Part shown: one piece after another, positions 23,614 to 34,532 of the stretch | Position numbering within the stretch: position 1 is the first letter of the stretch | Layout of the letters: each line of letters starts with the position of its first letter | Assembly: GCA_030390025.1 (NCBI GenBank) | Contig: CM059432.1 | Location: 56,298,001-56,362,000, forward strand | DNA length: 64,000 nucleotides | Origin: Squalus acanthias | Lineage: Eukaryota | Direction: 5' to 3' | The notes under the pieces: generated by a model | Told to the model about the DNA's origin: nothing | Databases searched by the model: none | Seen by the model: the letters and a program-made list of their open reading frames with translations, nothing else | Translations under genes and position numbers: made by a program

Positions 23614-24272
23614 GTCACTTGATGTGCAGAAAATAATCAAAAAGGCTGATGGAAAGCTGGCCTTTATATCTAGAGGAGTAGAGTACAATGGGGTAGAAGT
23701 TATGCTGCAGTTGTACAAAACCCTAGTCAGACCACACCTGGAGCAGTTCTGGGCACCACACCTTAGGAATATTGGCACTGGAGAGAGTGCAGTGTAGGTT
23801 TACCAGAATGATACCCGGACTTCAAGGGTTAAGTTACGAGGAGAGATTACACAAATTAGGGTTGTAATCTCTAGAATTTAGAAGGTTAAGTGGTGATTTG
23901 ATCGAAGTTTTCAGGATATTAAGGGGAACAGATTGGGTAGATAGAGAAAAACTGTTTCCGCTGGTTGGGGATTCTCTGACTGACTAGGGGGCGTAGTCTA
24001 AAATTTAGAGCCAGACCTTTCAGGATTGAAATTGGGAAACACTTCTACACACACAGGTGGTAGAAGTTTGGAACTCTCTTCCGCAAACAGCAATTGATAC
24101 TAGAGCAATAATTAATTTTAAATCTGAGATTGATAACTTTTTGTTAACCAAAGGTATTAAGGGATATGGGCCAAAGGCGGGTATATGGAGTTAGGTCATA
24201 GATCAGCCATGATCTTATTGAATGGTGGAACAGTCTCGAGGGCTGAATGGCCTTCTCCTGTTCCTATGTATT
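23614..24272 (+). mobile_element. CR1 3' fragment
   Basis: IIKKADGKLAFISRG..LYKTLVRPHLE; 3' UTR gggctgaatggccttctcctgttcctatg. Confidence 0.85.
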
Positions 24273-24743
24273 GAGGCACCTTTTTAAGACGGATGCATTG
24301 ATGAACTAGTATTTTACATACCCAGCATTTCTTGTAGCTGAACTGTTGCTGATTCAAATGTACTTGGTTATAAGACTTCAAATGCCCTATTTCATTAACA
24401 TTACAAAGTTTGTTTGTCTTCAAATAATGTGGAAGTCCCAATACAGTGATTTCTTGATTGGACTGTTAGGAAGGTGCTGAGTGAAAGTTCGGTGCTTTCC
24501 TTCAGGAAGGAGTGGGGGAAGAAGTTGAAGTTTGCTACCTGGGATCTGCATCTCATAATGGACGTTTAGAGAGTGGTATAGGCAGATCTCATGGAGCAGT
24601 TTTCGCCATGGAATGGTGTGCTGTAATTACATGTACTCACTGTTCGGGAAAGTGATTATTTTTGTTAGAATTCAGGTTAAGGACATAAAATACTGTACTA
24701 TTGCAAACAGTTTTGACGCAGGCTACTGGAGAACTGAAGTAAT

Positions 24744-25483
24744 GGCCCTGAATTTGCGGTCGGAGGCTTCCCGCGGGGAAATGCCTCCGATCCGCAAATA
24801 AAATGCCCGCGTACCTGGTGGTCCGGGAGTTACGGATACTCGCGGTCCTGGGCCTCTCTGGGTACCCGCAGGTAGAGGCCCACGTATCCTAGGGGCGCAG
24901 GCACCCTGGGATCACATGGGCTGGCCCAACGAATGAAAGAAGGGAATTCCCATTCATACTTCTGGGGATTCCGTATGTATGGAAACCCCATAAGCATGAA
25001 TACTCCAAAAAACTCCATCTACACATCAAATAAATTTAAAAAACTTTTTTTTAAATGAATTAAAACGCCATTAAATTAAATATTTAAAACAAAAATTTAT
25101 TTATTTGAAAAATAAATTTGAATGTTTTAAAGGGGCTAAAAGTGAACTTCTTATTTCACGGGTTTTTAAATGTATAAATGATTGATAAAATATTTATGTT
25201 TTTTAAACTCTTACGCTGGTAAAAGCAGGCCTTGTGCCTGCTTTTACCAGGCGTAAGAATTTCACTGGCATTCGCTGGGCAGAAGTTGGGCAAATAGCCC
25301 AACTCTCCACCCGCGGATGCCCTTTTCCTGGGGATGCATTGCATCTGTCAAGATTCTTCTTGACGGATCGTAAGTTCCGGGTTTTCACGCATGTGCTTCG
25401 CATGCCTAAACCTGGAACTTGCACGGCCCTTACGGGTGCGTGCGCACCTCGTACTCACCCGTAGGGGCCGCAAATTACGGCCC
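24744..25483. mobile_element. Non-autonomous DNA transposon/MITE (GGCC TIR family, Harbinger-like)
   Basis: Imperfect TIR GGCCCTGAATTTGCGG / CCGCAAATTACGGCCC; GC-rich ends, AT-rich core; flanks AAT/ATT; related copies at 43.6, 46.8 and 60.8 kb. Confidence 0.75.
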
Positions 25484-25652
25484 ATTGTGGCAGAAATTGA
25501 GGTGCATCACTTAAGTTTACATTCCATTTTCCACACATTGTCGATTTCATTAATTTCCATGGGTGCACTCTGACCAAGATCTCATAATTTGGAACTCCTG
25601 TTCATTGAAAAGCCAGTGATCTAATGTTTCTATTTATGGTACTGTTTTGCAG

Positions 25653-25779
25653 AGAAGAAGGAAGTTTCTCAGAGTTTAGAAAACTACACAGCAAAATGTC
25701 CTGGTACTATGGAGATTGTCGCACTTCCTGATGGGGTGAAATTACCTCCAGTCCCTCTTACTAAACTTCCGATAGTCAG
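25653..25779 (+). CDS. TRAPPC9: TRAPPC9 internal coding exon, 127 nt, phase 1-2
   Basis: tgttttgcag|AG AAG ... GTC AG|gtaaga; (E)[41 protein letters not shown](R); joins the previous exon in frame. Confidence 0.95.
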
Positions 25780-26439
25780 GTAAGACTGCTTTATACTGTC
25801 AAGAATAGAAGCTCACTATATCACATCACTGATTGTTAATGGTGTCTGTATGCCATCTTTTACAATGTAAGCATTTTTGTTACTTTTTTGTTATAAAATC
25901 GGTTGTTGGTTTTATCTCTTGCCTTCCTACCTTCTTATGCCCATACTGATTACCTACAGCTAGGAGGTCGAGAAGCTCTGGCTGCAAACTTGCCCAAAGC
26001 ACCCAAAAGTATATATGTTGGCTGACTTGAGTGAGCTTGTAGCACAGGATAGGTCTTTCAGCTAATGTCAGTTTTTCAAATTTGCTTCTTCCAAAGATGG
26101 ACTAGTCTTCAATATCGCGAGATATTTACGAATGAGGAAGACCAGTTGCCCCATCTTAATTCATCCTCCAGAAGTCCCACGTTGCGACATTCAATTGATA
26201 CCTAAATTATTCCAGGGTTTTTACCTCCACTACTCTATCTGGAAGTCTGTTCTATATGTTGATCACTCTGAAGAAAAATTTCCTAATATCAATCCTAAAC
26301 TAATTATTACCAGTTTGAACTTCTTTCCTCTTCCTGGCCTCCATGCCTAGCTGGCATTGTAAATGTTTCTTGTCAGGTATTGTCTCTGTCGCTTTCAAAA
26401 TGGTCATCATTACCGCCCCCCCCCCCCCCCCACCCACCC

Positions 26440-28778
26440 TTCTCAAAGAATTCACCCTCGACTCCTCTGTCCTTGCAAACTGACTCCCTTTCATCTCCAG
26501 CCTCCCTTTTATCTCAAGTCCTTGAACGCATTGTCACTTCCCAAATCCATGCCCATCTTTCCTGCAACTCCATGTTTGAATCTCTCCCAGCAGGTTTCCG
26601 TCCCTGCCACATCACTGAAATGGCTCAAACCAAAATCACAAATGACATCCTCTGACTGTGGTGCATTATCCCTCCTCATCCTCCTTGATCTCTCCACAGC
26701 CTTTCACATGATCAACCAGACCAGTCTCCTCTCATGCCTTACCTCCATGTCCACCTCCGTGGGATTGCCCTCGCTTCGTTCCACTCTTAACTTTCTAATC
26801 ATAACTGGAGCATCTCCATCAATGGTTTCTCTTCCTACCCTCAAGGATTTGCCCTTTGGCACCCTCTTCTTTCTCATCTACAGGCTGCTCCTTGGCGACA
26901 TCATCCGAAGACATGGGGTCAGCTTCCACATGTACGCTGCTTACCACTCCGCCACACCTCTCGACCCCTCCAGCACTTCTCTGTTGTCCAACTTAAATCT
27001 TTAATTAAAGATACTATTACTACATTAGTAAGAGACAACATAGGTAAGGGAATGCAATCAGTGCAGACTCTATGGTTACAATTGAGAAATAAGCAAGGAC
27101 TTAAAACTGTAATCGGAGTTGTCTACAGACCTCCTGATAGCAACAATTAAGTGGCAGAATGTATTATTTCAGAGATTAGAGAGGCTTGTAGTAAAAGCAG
27201 AGTTGTTTTAATGGGAGAATTTAATTTTCATATAGACTGGGAAGAACAGAGTAGTTCAAGTCAGAAAGGTAGTGAATTTCTTGAGTGCATTCAAGATAGT
27301 TTTCTGGAGCAATATACTCTAGAACCAACAAGAGGACAGGCCATACTAAATTTAGTCATGAGCAATGAGCCAGACTTAGTTAATCTAACAGTAAGGGAAC
27401 ATTAACATAATATGATCGAATTCATTGTTACGTTTCTCCTTTTCAAAACTTAACAGTCACTAAGATTCTAGATTTTGGTAAGGCTAACTTTAACAGGATG
27501 AGACAGAGACTGACGACAGCAAACTGTTCAAAACTGTTATTGGGTAAAACTACAGATGAACAGTAGGAGGTTTTCAAATAATTTAGCTTAATAACGGACC
27601 AGTATATACCCCTAAGGGGGCAAGAGCTCTACTTACCAAATAAAACAGCTGTGGTCGACAATAGAGGTGAGAGATAACACAAAGTCATGATATCATTGAA
27701 TGGCAGAACAGGTTCACGGGGCTGAATGGCCTACTCCTGGAATACAGGAATAAAGGAAAAGAATACAGGAGTAGGCCATTCAGCCCCTTGAGCCTGTTCT
27801 GCCATTCAATTCGATCATGACTTTGTGTTATCTCTCACCTCTATTGACCACGGCTGTTTTATTTGGTAAGTAGAGCTCTTGCCCCTTAGGGGTATATACT
27901 GGTCCTTTTAATTAAGCTGAACTATTTTTTGAACACCTCTGACTGTTCATCTGTAGTTTTACCCGATATTCATTTTCAGATGAGCCGCCAGTTAAACATT
28001 TGGAAGACTGAAGCCATCGTCTTGGGCCCCCGTCTCAAATTTGATACCCTTGCCACTGATTCCAGCTCTCTCCCTGGCCACTGTCTCAGGCTGAACCAGA
28101 TTGTTCACAATCTCGCCATCCTATTTGATGCTGAGCTGAACTTCTGACCCTATATCATCTCCATCACAAAGACCACCACTTCCACTTCTGTAACATCTCC
28201 TGTCTCCACTCCTGCCTCAGCCCATCAGCTCCTGAAACCCTCATTCATGCCTTTGTCGGTTCTGGACTCGACTATTCCAATGGTCTTCTGGCTTACCTCA
28301 TCCTCTACCCTCCAAAACTTCAGCTTATCCAAAACTCAGCTGCCTGTATCCTATCCTGCATTAAGTCCCTCTCTCCCATCACTTCTATTCTTGCTGACCT
28401 ACATTGGTTCCTGGTGCCCCAACAGCCCAAAATTAAAGTTCTCATCCATTGTTTAAATTTCTTCATCGCCTTTGCCTTCCCTAACCAGTCCCACAATCCT
28501 CCGAAAATATTGCATTCCTCCAACTCTGGCTTCTGGTGCACCCCCCACACTCTTCACCTACCATTGGCGGCCCCATGCTCTAGAAATCCCTCCCTAAACC
28601 CGTCTGACTCCTCCTTTAAGGCCTTCCATAAAACAGAACCTCTTGACCAAATGTTTGGTGACCCCTTCTAATATCTCCTCCTTTGGCTCGATGCCCATTT
28701 TCTCTGACTCCTCTGTGAAGCGTCTTTGATATGTTTTTCTATGTTAAAGGCATTATATAAATCCAAATCGTTATTGTT
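26440..28778 (+). mobile_element. L2 LINE fragment interrupted by a rearranged CR1 piece (~27000-27968)
   Basis: LSLLILLDLSTAF, SFHMYA, LNIWKTEAIV; L2-type tail tgtgaagcg..taaaggcattatataaat..gttattgtt at 28714-28778. Confidence 0.8.
27010..27968 (+). mobile_element. CR1 endonuclease fragment fused to a CR1 3' UTR, followed by an inverted duplication
   Basis: GVVYRPP, MGEFNFHIDW, EPTRGQAILNLV. 27538-27739 is repeated in inverted orientation at 27766-27968. Confidence 0.8.
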
Positions 28779-29199
28779 CAAGCTTGAGTAGATCCATTGA
28801 GTGGTGTGGGAATAATTGTTTTGGATTAGCCAAAGGCTAATTTGTAAGTGCATGAGCTAAGAAAAGCTAGTATGCAATGGAACCTGGCCAGTACTAGCTT
28901 TTTCTGACTCCAGCACATTTTATTAATCTATATTGCCTGTTTGCAATACCATTTAAAGGGAAATTGATGAGCGTTGCCCATCAAAATTGGCTGACCGGCT
29001 GGTCTGAACCACCAATGTAAGAAAACCAAGTTGCTCTGGGGCATTATCAGAGTTGTTAGTATACAGACAGAATGAAATATAATTGGCATTCGGAATTCAG
29101 ATCAGGTTTGGTGATGACCTGTTGCAGGAGAACACATCCATCTGAAAAGATTGTGCACATAATTATGACCAGAAGATGTGTTGCTAGATTTAGGGAGGG

Positions 29200-29945
29200 G
29201 TCATAGGAAATGGAGTAGGCCATTTAGCTCCTCAAACCTCTTCCACCATTCAATTAGATCATGGCTGATCTGTACCTCAACTCCATTTACCTGCCTTTGA
29301 CCATAACCCTTGATAGCCAACCTTACAAAAATCTATTGATCTCACTCTTGAAAGCTCCAATTGTCTGAGCATCCAGCCTTTTAGGGAAGAGGGCTCCAGA
29401 TTTCCACTACCCTTTGTGTGATAAAGTGCTTCCTGATTTCACCTCCAAATGGCCTAGCTCTAATTTTAAGATTATGCCCTCTTGTTCTGAATTCCCGCAC
29501 TAGAGGTAATAATTTCTCTGTATTAACCCTATTGCATCCCTTTATCATGTTAAAGACCTTGATTAGATCACCCCTCAATCTACCAAACTCCAGGGAATAC
29601 AAACCAAGTTTTTGCAACGTGTTCTCATAATTTAACCCCTCAATCCTTCATATCATTCTGATAAATCTGCACTGCACCCTTTTCAAGGCCAGTACATCTT
29701 TTGTGAGGTTTGGTGCCCACAACTGAACGGAGTACTCCAGATGGAGTCTGACCAAGGCTCTGTACAACTGAAGCATCGCTTCCTCCTCTTTGTATTCCAA
29801 CCCTCTTGAGGTAAAGGTCAACATTCTATTAGCCTTTTAGATTACTTTTGTACTGTGCATTAGCATTTCGTGATTTGTGTACATGGACATCTAAATTCCT
29901 TTGCTTCTCCACAGATGCTGGTGTCTCACCATTCAGAAAATATTC
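29200..29945 (-). mobile_element. CR1 3' fragment
   Basis: LGLYSLEFGRLRGDLIKVF..RTRGHNLKI..HFITQRVVEIW; CR1 3' UTR at the left end. Confidence 0.88.
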
Positions 29946-30582
29946 AAATTACTAAATGGCGATAGTATAGAAAGTGTAAGATAAAATCGTGGCATGACCG
30001 TACATGTTTAAAGCGCTCACTTTGATCGCATGTAGCATGCCTTTTTGTTTGAAATAATGAAGTCAGCCATTGATGCTGTGCATTATGTCCAGTGATGGCC
30101 AATAATAGGAGCAGTGTTCTTGTTCAGGGAAAAAAAAGGCTGATGTACCTTACCCTACAAAATATTTTCTGTTAATCAATTATTTTGTTGGCAACTGAAT
30201 TATTCTGGGCCAAACTTTCCTTTGTGAATGAAGGACATTGTGGCAGAGAGAATTAAAATAAAAATGTCACAAGGAAAAATGTTTGGGGTCAAAGGGTTAA
30301 TGCTCACTGCATTTTCCGATGTGAGCAAGAAGTGATTGTTGCTACTTTTTAATGTGTATTTTCTTACACCAGTGAAGTCTGCACAGCCTGAAAACTGTAG
30401 GCACTTGTGTATCAACCAGAGTGCATCAACCAATCAGCAACGAGCTCAAGTTCCTTTTTTACTTGCTACTATTTGAGAATTACTTTTCAGTTCTTGATTT
30501 GGGGCAACATATAGTTACTTATATAACAGAAAACGCTGGAAAAACTCAGCAGGCCAGGCAGCATCCGTGGAGAGAGAAACAG

Positions 30583-30620
30583 AGTTAACGTTTCAGGTCG
30601 AAGACCTTTCGTCAGAACTG
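30583..30620 (-). ncRNA. Minimal type I hammerhead ribozyme motif in Penelope pLTR
   Basis: Minus strand CAGUU-CUGACGA-A-AGGUC-UUC-GACCU-GAAA-CGUU-AACU: core intact, 5-bp stem II, loopless ACGU stem III, stem I AGUU/AACU. Confidence 0.8.
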
Positions 30621-30893
30621 GAAAAAAGCAGGCAATGAAATAGATTTTAAAGCAAGTATAATGCTGGGAAAAGGGGGAGGGGATGAAAGAACAAAAGGGA
30701 AGGTCAGTGGTAGGATAGAAAGCAGGAGAGATTAAGAGACATTAAGAGATATTCAAGGCAAGAGGAGGTGGTAATGTGACAGGTTGAGGAACAAAGGATG
30801 GCTCGAGATGAAGTGTGAAATGCGCTGGCAGAATGGAGGACAGCTGCCAGCTTCTGGGAGGGAAGAAAAAAAAGGCCAAACAAAAGGGTGGAT

Positions 30894-30921
30894 AAAAAAA
30901 AAAAATATATATTATATTATT

Positions 30922-30952
<31 letters not shown>

Positions 30953-30975
30953 GTATATATATATATATGTATGTG
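30894..30975. repeat. A-run and (TA)n microsatellite in the Penelope 3' region
   Basis: aaaaaaaaaaaatatatattatattatttatatatatat...; absent from the sister copy near 51075. Confidence 0.9.
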
Positions 30976-32549
30976 ATGGGGGCTGGGGTTATGATCTGAA
31001 ATTGTTGAACTCTATGTTGAGTCCAGAGGGCTGTAGAGTGCCTAAACGAAAGATGAGGTGCTGTTCCTCGAGCTTACGCTGAGCTTCCGTGGAACAATGC
31101 AAGAGGCCGAGGTCAGAGTTGGAGTGGAGCGGAGAATTAAAGTGACAGGCCACCGGGAGCTCGGGGTCCCCCTTAGGGACTGAACGGAGGTGTTCCGCAA
31201 AGCGGTCACCCAATCTGCGTTTGGTCTCGCCAATGTAGAGGAGACCACATCGTGAGCAGCGAATACAGTATACTAAATTGCAGGAAGTACAAGTAAATCG
31301 CTGTTTCACCTGGAAGGGGTGTTTGGGGCCCTGGACAGTGGGAAGGGCGGAGGTATAAGGGCATATGTTGCATTTCCTGCGCTTGCACGGGAAGGTGCCA
31401 GGGGAAGGGGTGCTGGGGGTGGTGGAGGAGTGGACTTGGGTGTCACGGAGGGAGCGGTCCCTGCGGAATGCTGAAAGGGGAGGTGAGGGGGAGATGCGTT
31501 TGGTGGTGGGATCACGCTGGAGGTGGCAGAAATGGCGGAGGATGATCCGTTGAATGTGGAGGCTGGTGGGGTGAAAGGTGAGGACAAGGGGAACTCTATC
31601 GTGGTTCCGGGAGGGAGGGGCAGGGGTGAGGGCAGAAGTGCGGGAGATAGAACGGACATGGTCGAGGGCCGTGTTAACCACAGTAGAGGGGAATCCTCGG
31701 TTGAGGAAAAAGGAAGACATGTCGGAAGCACTGGTATGGAAGGTGGCATCGTCAGAGCAGATGCGGCGGAGATGGAGAAACTGGGAGAATGGAATAGAGT
31801 CCTTACAGGAGGCGGGGTGGGAGGAAGTGTAGTCCAGGTAGCTGTGGGAGTCAGTGGGCTTGTAGTGAATGTTTGTCAATAACCTATCCCCAGAGATGGA
31901 GACGGAGAAGTCGAGGAAGGGAAGGGAAGAGTCGGAGATGGACCATGTGAAGGTGAGGGAAGGGTGGAAATTGGAAGCAAAGTGAATGAAATTTTCTAGT
32001 TCAGGGCGAGAGCAGGAGACGGCACCGATAGTCATCCGCAGTATTTTGCTATCATATAGTTACTTATAATAGTTGGAAGGAAACTGGCATTTTTTATCTG
32101 GTACCAGTTTACTTCCATTCATCATGGAACAGTATAAGAAATTTTGGGAGGAGACTAGCCCATTATGCACCTCGTGCCACAGACCATGTACAATCTTCTA
32201 TATCATAAACTCTACCCAATCTGCTTACTTCACTGAGATAAGGTTCTGGTAAGTTTCTTCTCCCTCTCAAAAAATCTATCTTTGTTTCTAATGTTTAATT
32301 TTGCAGGAAATATTTTTTTTCTGTTCATTAGTGATGGAAGTTAGAAGTCCTAGAAGATTCTATTTTTAGCTGGTAAAAGTTATTCTATGGGGAAAATTAC
32401 CAAAACATTTATCAGGTGAAATAGGATGGGATGGGAAGAGTGTTTGTCAACATGTTTTGTTCGAATCATAGCTACTTATTTTAATTTTCAAAGATGTTGA
32501 AAGTTCAGAATAATGGAAACTTTGGGTGGGAGAAGGGGGAACTATCCAC

Positions 32550-32870
32550 TTGAACAGTTAGTAATTGCCTTGACTTCTGTGGAACTGAGCCACGCAGACC
32601 ATGAAAGATTTGATCTCTGGACTGTTCTAAACTAGTTGATCTGAGGTGGGATCCTGGTGCAGGTGCTTCAATTGGCCTCAGCCCCACATGATTGGGTAAG
32701 GAATAAAACTCAGTCATCTACTTTCCCACTTGAGACTACTGCTAGAAAATGCATGTATGTGGGTACCAGATGTGGATAGGTTCAGGCAAGGCTGTGGCAA
32801 GTCTCCTGATGTTCATTGTCGATCATGAAGACTGGCTATTTGAATCAGGTGTTGAATGGCAGAGGACATT
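32550..32870 (+). mobile_element. Old SINE resembling AmnSINE2 (family name tentative)
   Basis: actgagccacgcagacca..ctagttgatctgag..caattggcctcag..gctagaaaatgcatgtatgtgg..catgaagactggc resembles my recollection of the AmnSINE2 consensus; related copy at 57970-58195. Confidence 0.45.
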
Positions 32871-33571
32871 CATTGAACGGCATTCTGGCATGAGCCAGTC
32901 GCATTAGGACCTCTGTTCTGCTGTTTTGTGATGCAATGTAAATGTTACAGTAATGCATCATAGACATCTGAAATTTTCATGCAGTCATCTGTTGCCCCAT
33001 TCAGTTTCAGTAAACCAAAGTGGTGAGGTATGAAATTTTTGCAACACGTCCACTTGAAATATGGAAATGCCCAGAAGCAGAATCTGATTTGTTCACAAAT
33101 TTAGGATCATGCCTGGGATATAAGAAGTAGTAACAGTTACAAATCTGTCATTTGAGGTGGCAATGTTGTGAGCAATTTAGGTAACTAAGAGCATCATAGA
33201 AGGAGTGATTTGGCTTATTGATTCCAATGTGCCAAATTGGCCGAGTGACGATACTGAGCATATTGGAGTATTAATATTCTTGTATTGTCATTTAGCCCTT
33301 TTATTATCCACTTAAAACTGATGATTATTGTTTTTTAAAAATTGAGGTAATGGATTCTACCTTTGCTGTTGAGCTGTGTTCTGATTTTTAACTATTTGAA
33401 AAATGTATATCCATTTCGATTAGTTTTCCTATTGGTTATCTCTAATTTCTTGCATGGAAGAAATGGTCTAAAATATTTATAGTTTATGTGCATTTTTATG
33501 ATGAGGTATGGTTCCAAAATGTAGACTAAGTTTTAATATTTTTAACTTTTCTTTCTCCTTGTTCCCATTAG

Positions 33572-33717
33572 GTCTGTAAAACTCTTGAATCTTCCACCTA
33601 ACCTCCGTCCACTAAAAATAAAAAACACACTCAGTCAGAACATGTCCTCCAAGAGCCCTTTCATTTACTCTCCGATTATTGCACACCACCGTGGTGAAGA
33701 AAGAAGCAAAAAAATAG
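33572..33717 (+). CDS. TRAPPC9: TRAPPC9 internal coding exon, 146 nt, phase 2-1
   Basis: ctttctccttgttcccattag|G TCT ... ATA G|gtgagg; [48 protein letters not shown](D). Confidence 0.95.
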
Positions 33718-34532
33718 GTGAGGACTTTTAATTTAAATAAAGCTTTCATATCAATTTCCACAATGACTGGTAATCTGGTGTCCACATTGTTTCTTCATCT
33801 GCATGCTGTATATGATGTGAGATTATTTATTTTTGATGGAAAACCAAGCTTTTCTAAAATGATACCCCTTAATGGTGGGGGCAGAGCAGTTCTGGAAATT
33901 GAAGTTGCAAGAACATTTAATTGAGGGGGACAAATAATGTTACCTTTGAGAATGAAGCTTCAAAAGTTATTTATTATTTGACCTAGAACAGAACATTTTT
34001 TTATTGTAACCATCCCGCATGAACCTGTTTTATTAAAGTATGCAGTACTATTTTTAATTGTTAAAATCTTTTCTGTTGTTGTTTGGAGGGTTTATTTCCT
34101 CTTTGTCAACTGCCTTGACCAATATTGACCTCAGTTGATGTACAATGAAATGCTTACTGCAGGATTAAGTTTTGTGATGTAATCACCAAGAAATTAAAAA
34201 ATTGAGTGCAGATTTAAAAAGAATTCTCTCCAGCAGATGAAAACATGGCGTGGAACATAAGATGGATTATTGACCTGGTGCACAGTTTTGGAAATATCTT
34301 GGAAGGGGGAAGACTTTTACTTGGTGCAGATAATTAGTATGAATCTGAAAGATGTACAAATTAGCTGAATTTTATCTGGCATTGTAGTCAGAGCAGATAA
34401 AGAGAACACTCAGAGAGCTGGAAAAGGAAGAATGAAAGAAATTCACTGAAGTGAGCAGAATTGGTGGTTGAGTGCAGAGGTACAGAGTGAAAATGTGATG
34501 GGCATGTACTAGATAGAAATTATCTGTTGAAA

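Larger units (their letters stand above)
30524..32052 (-). mobile_element. Penelope-like retroelement (RT C-terminus + GIY-YIG endonuclease + pLTR), 5'-truncated, 16-bp TSD
   Basis: ORF 30989..32035: LPFLD, YKPTDSHSYLDYTSSHP, CxxC, VYCIRCSRCGLLYIGETKRRLGDRFAEH, GLN. TSD CATATAGTTACTTATA at 30508-30523 and 32053-32068. Confidence 0.93.
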
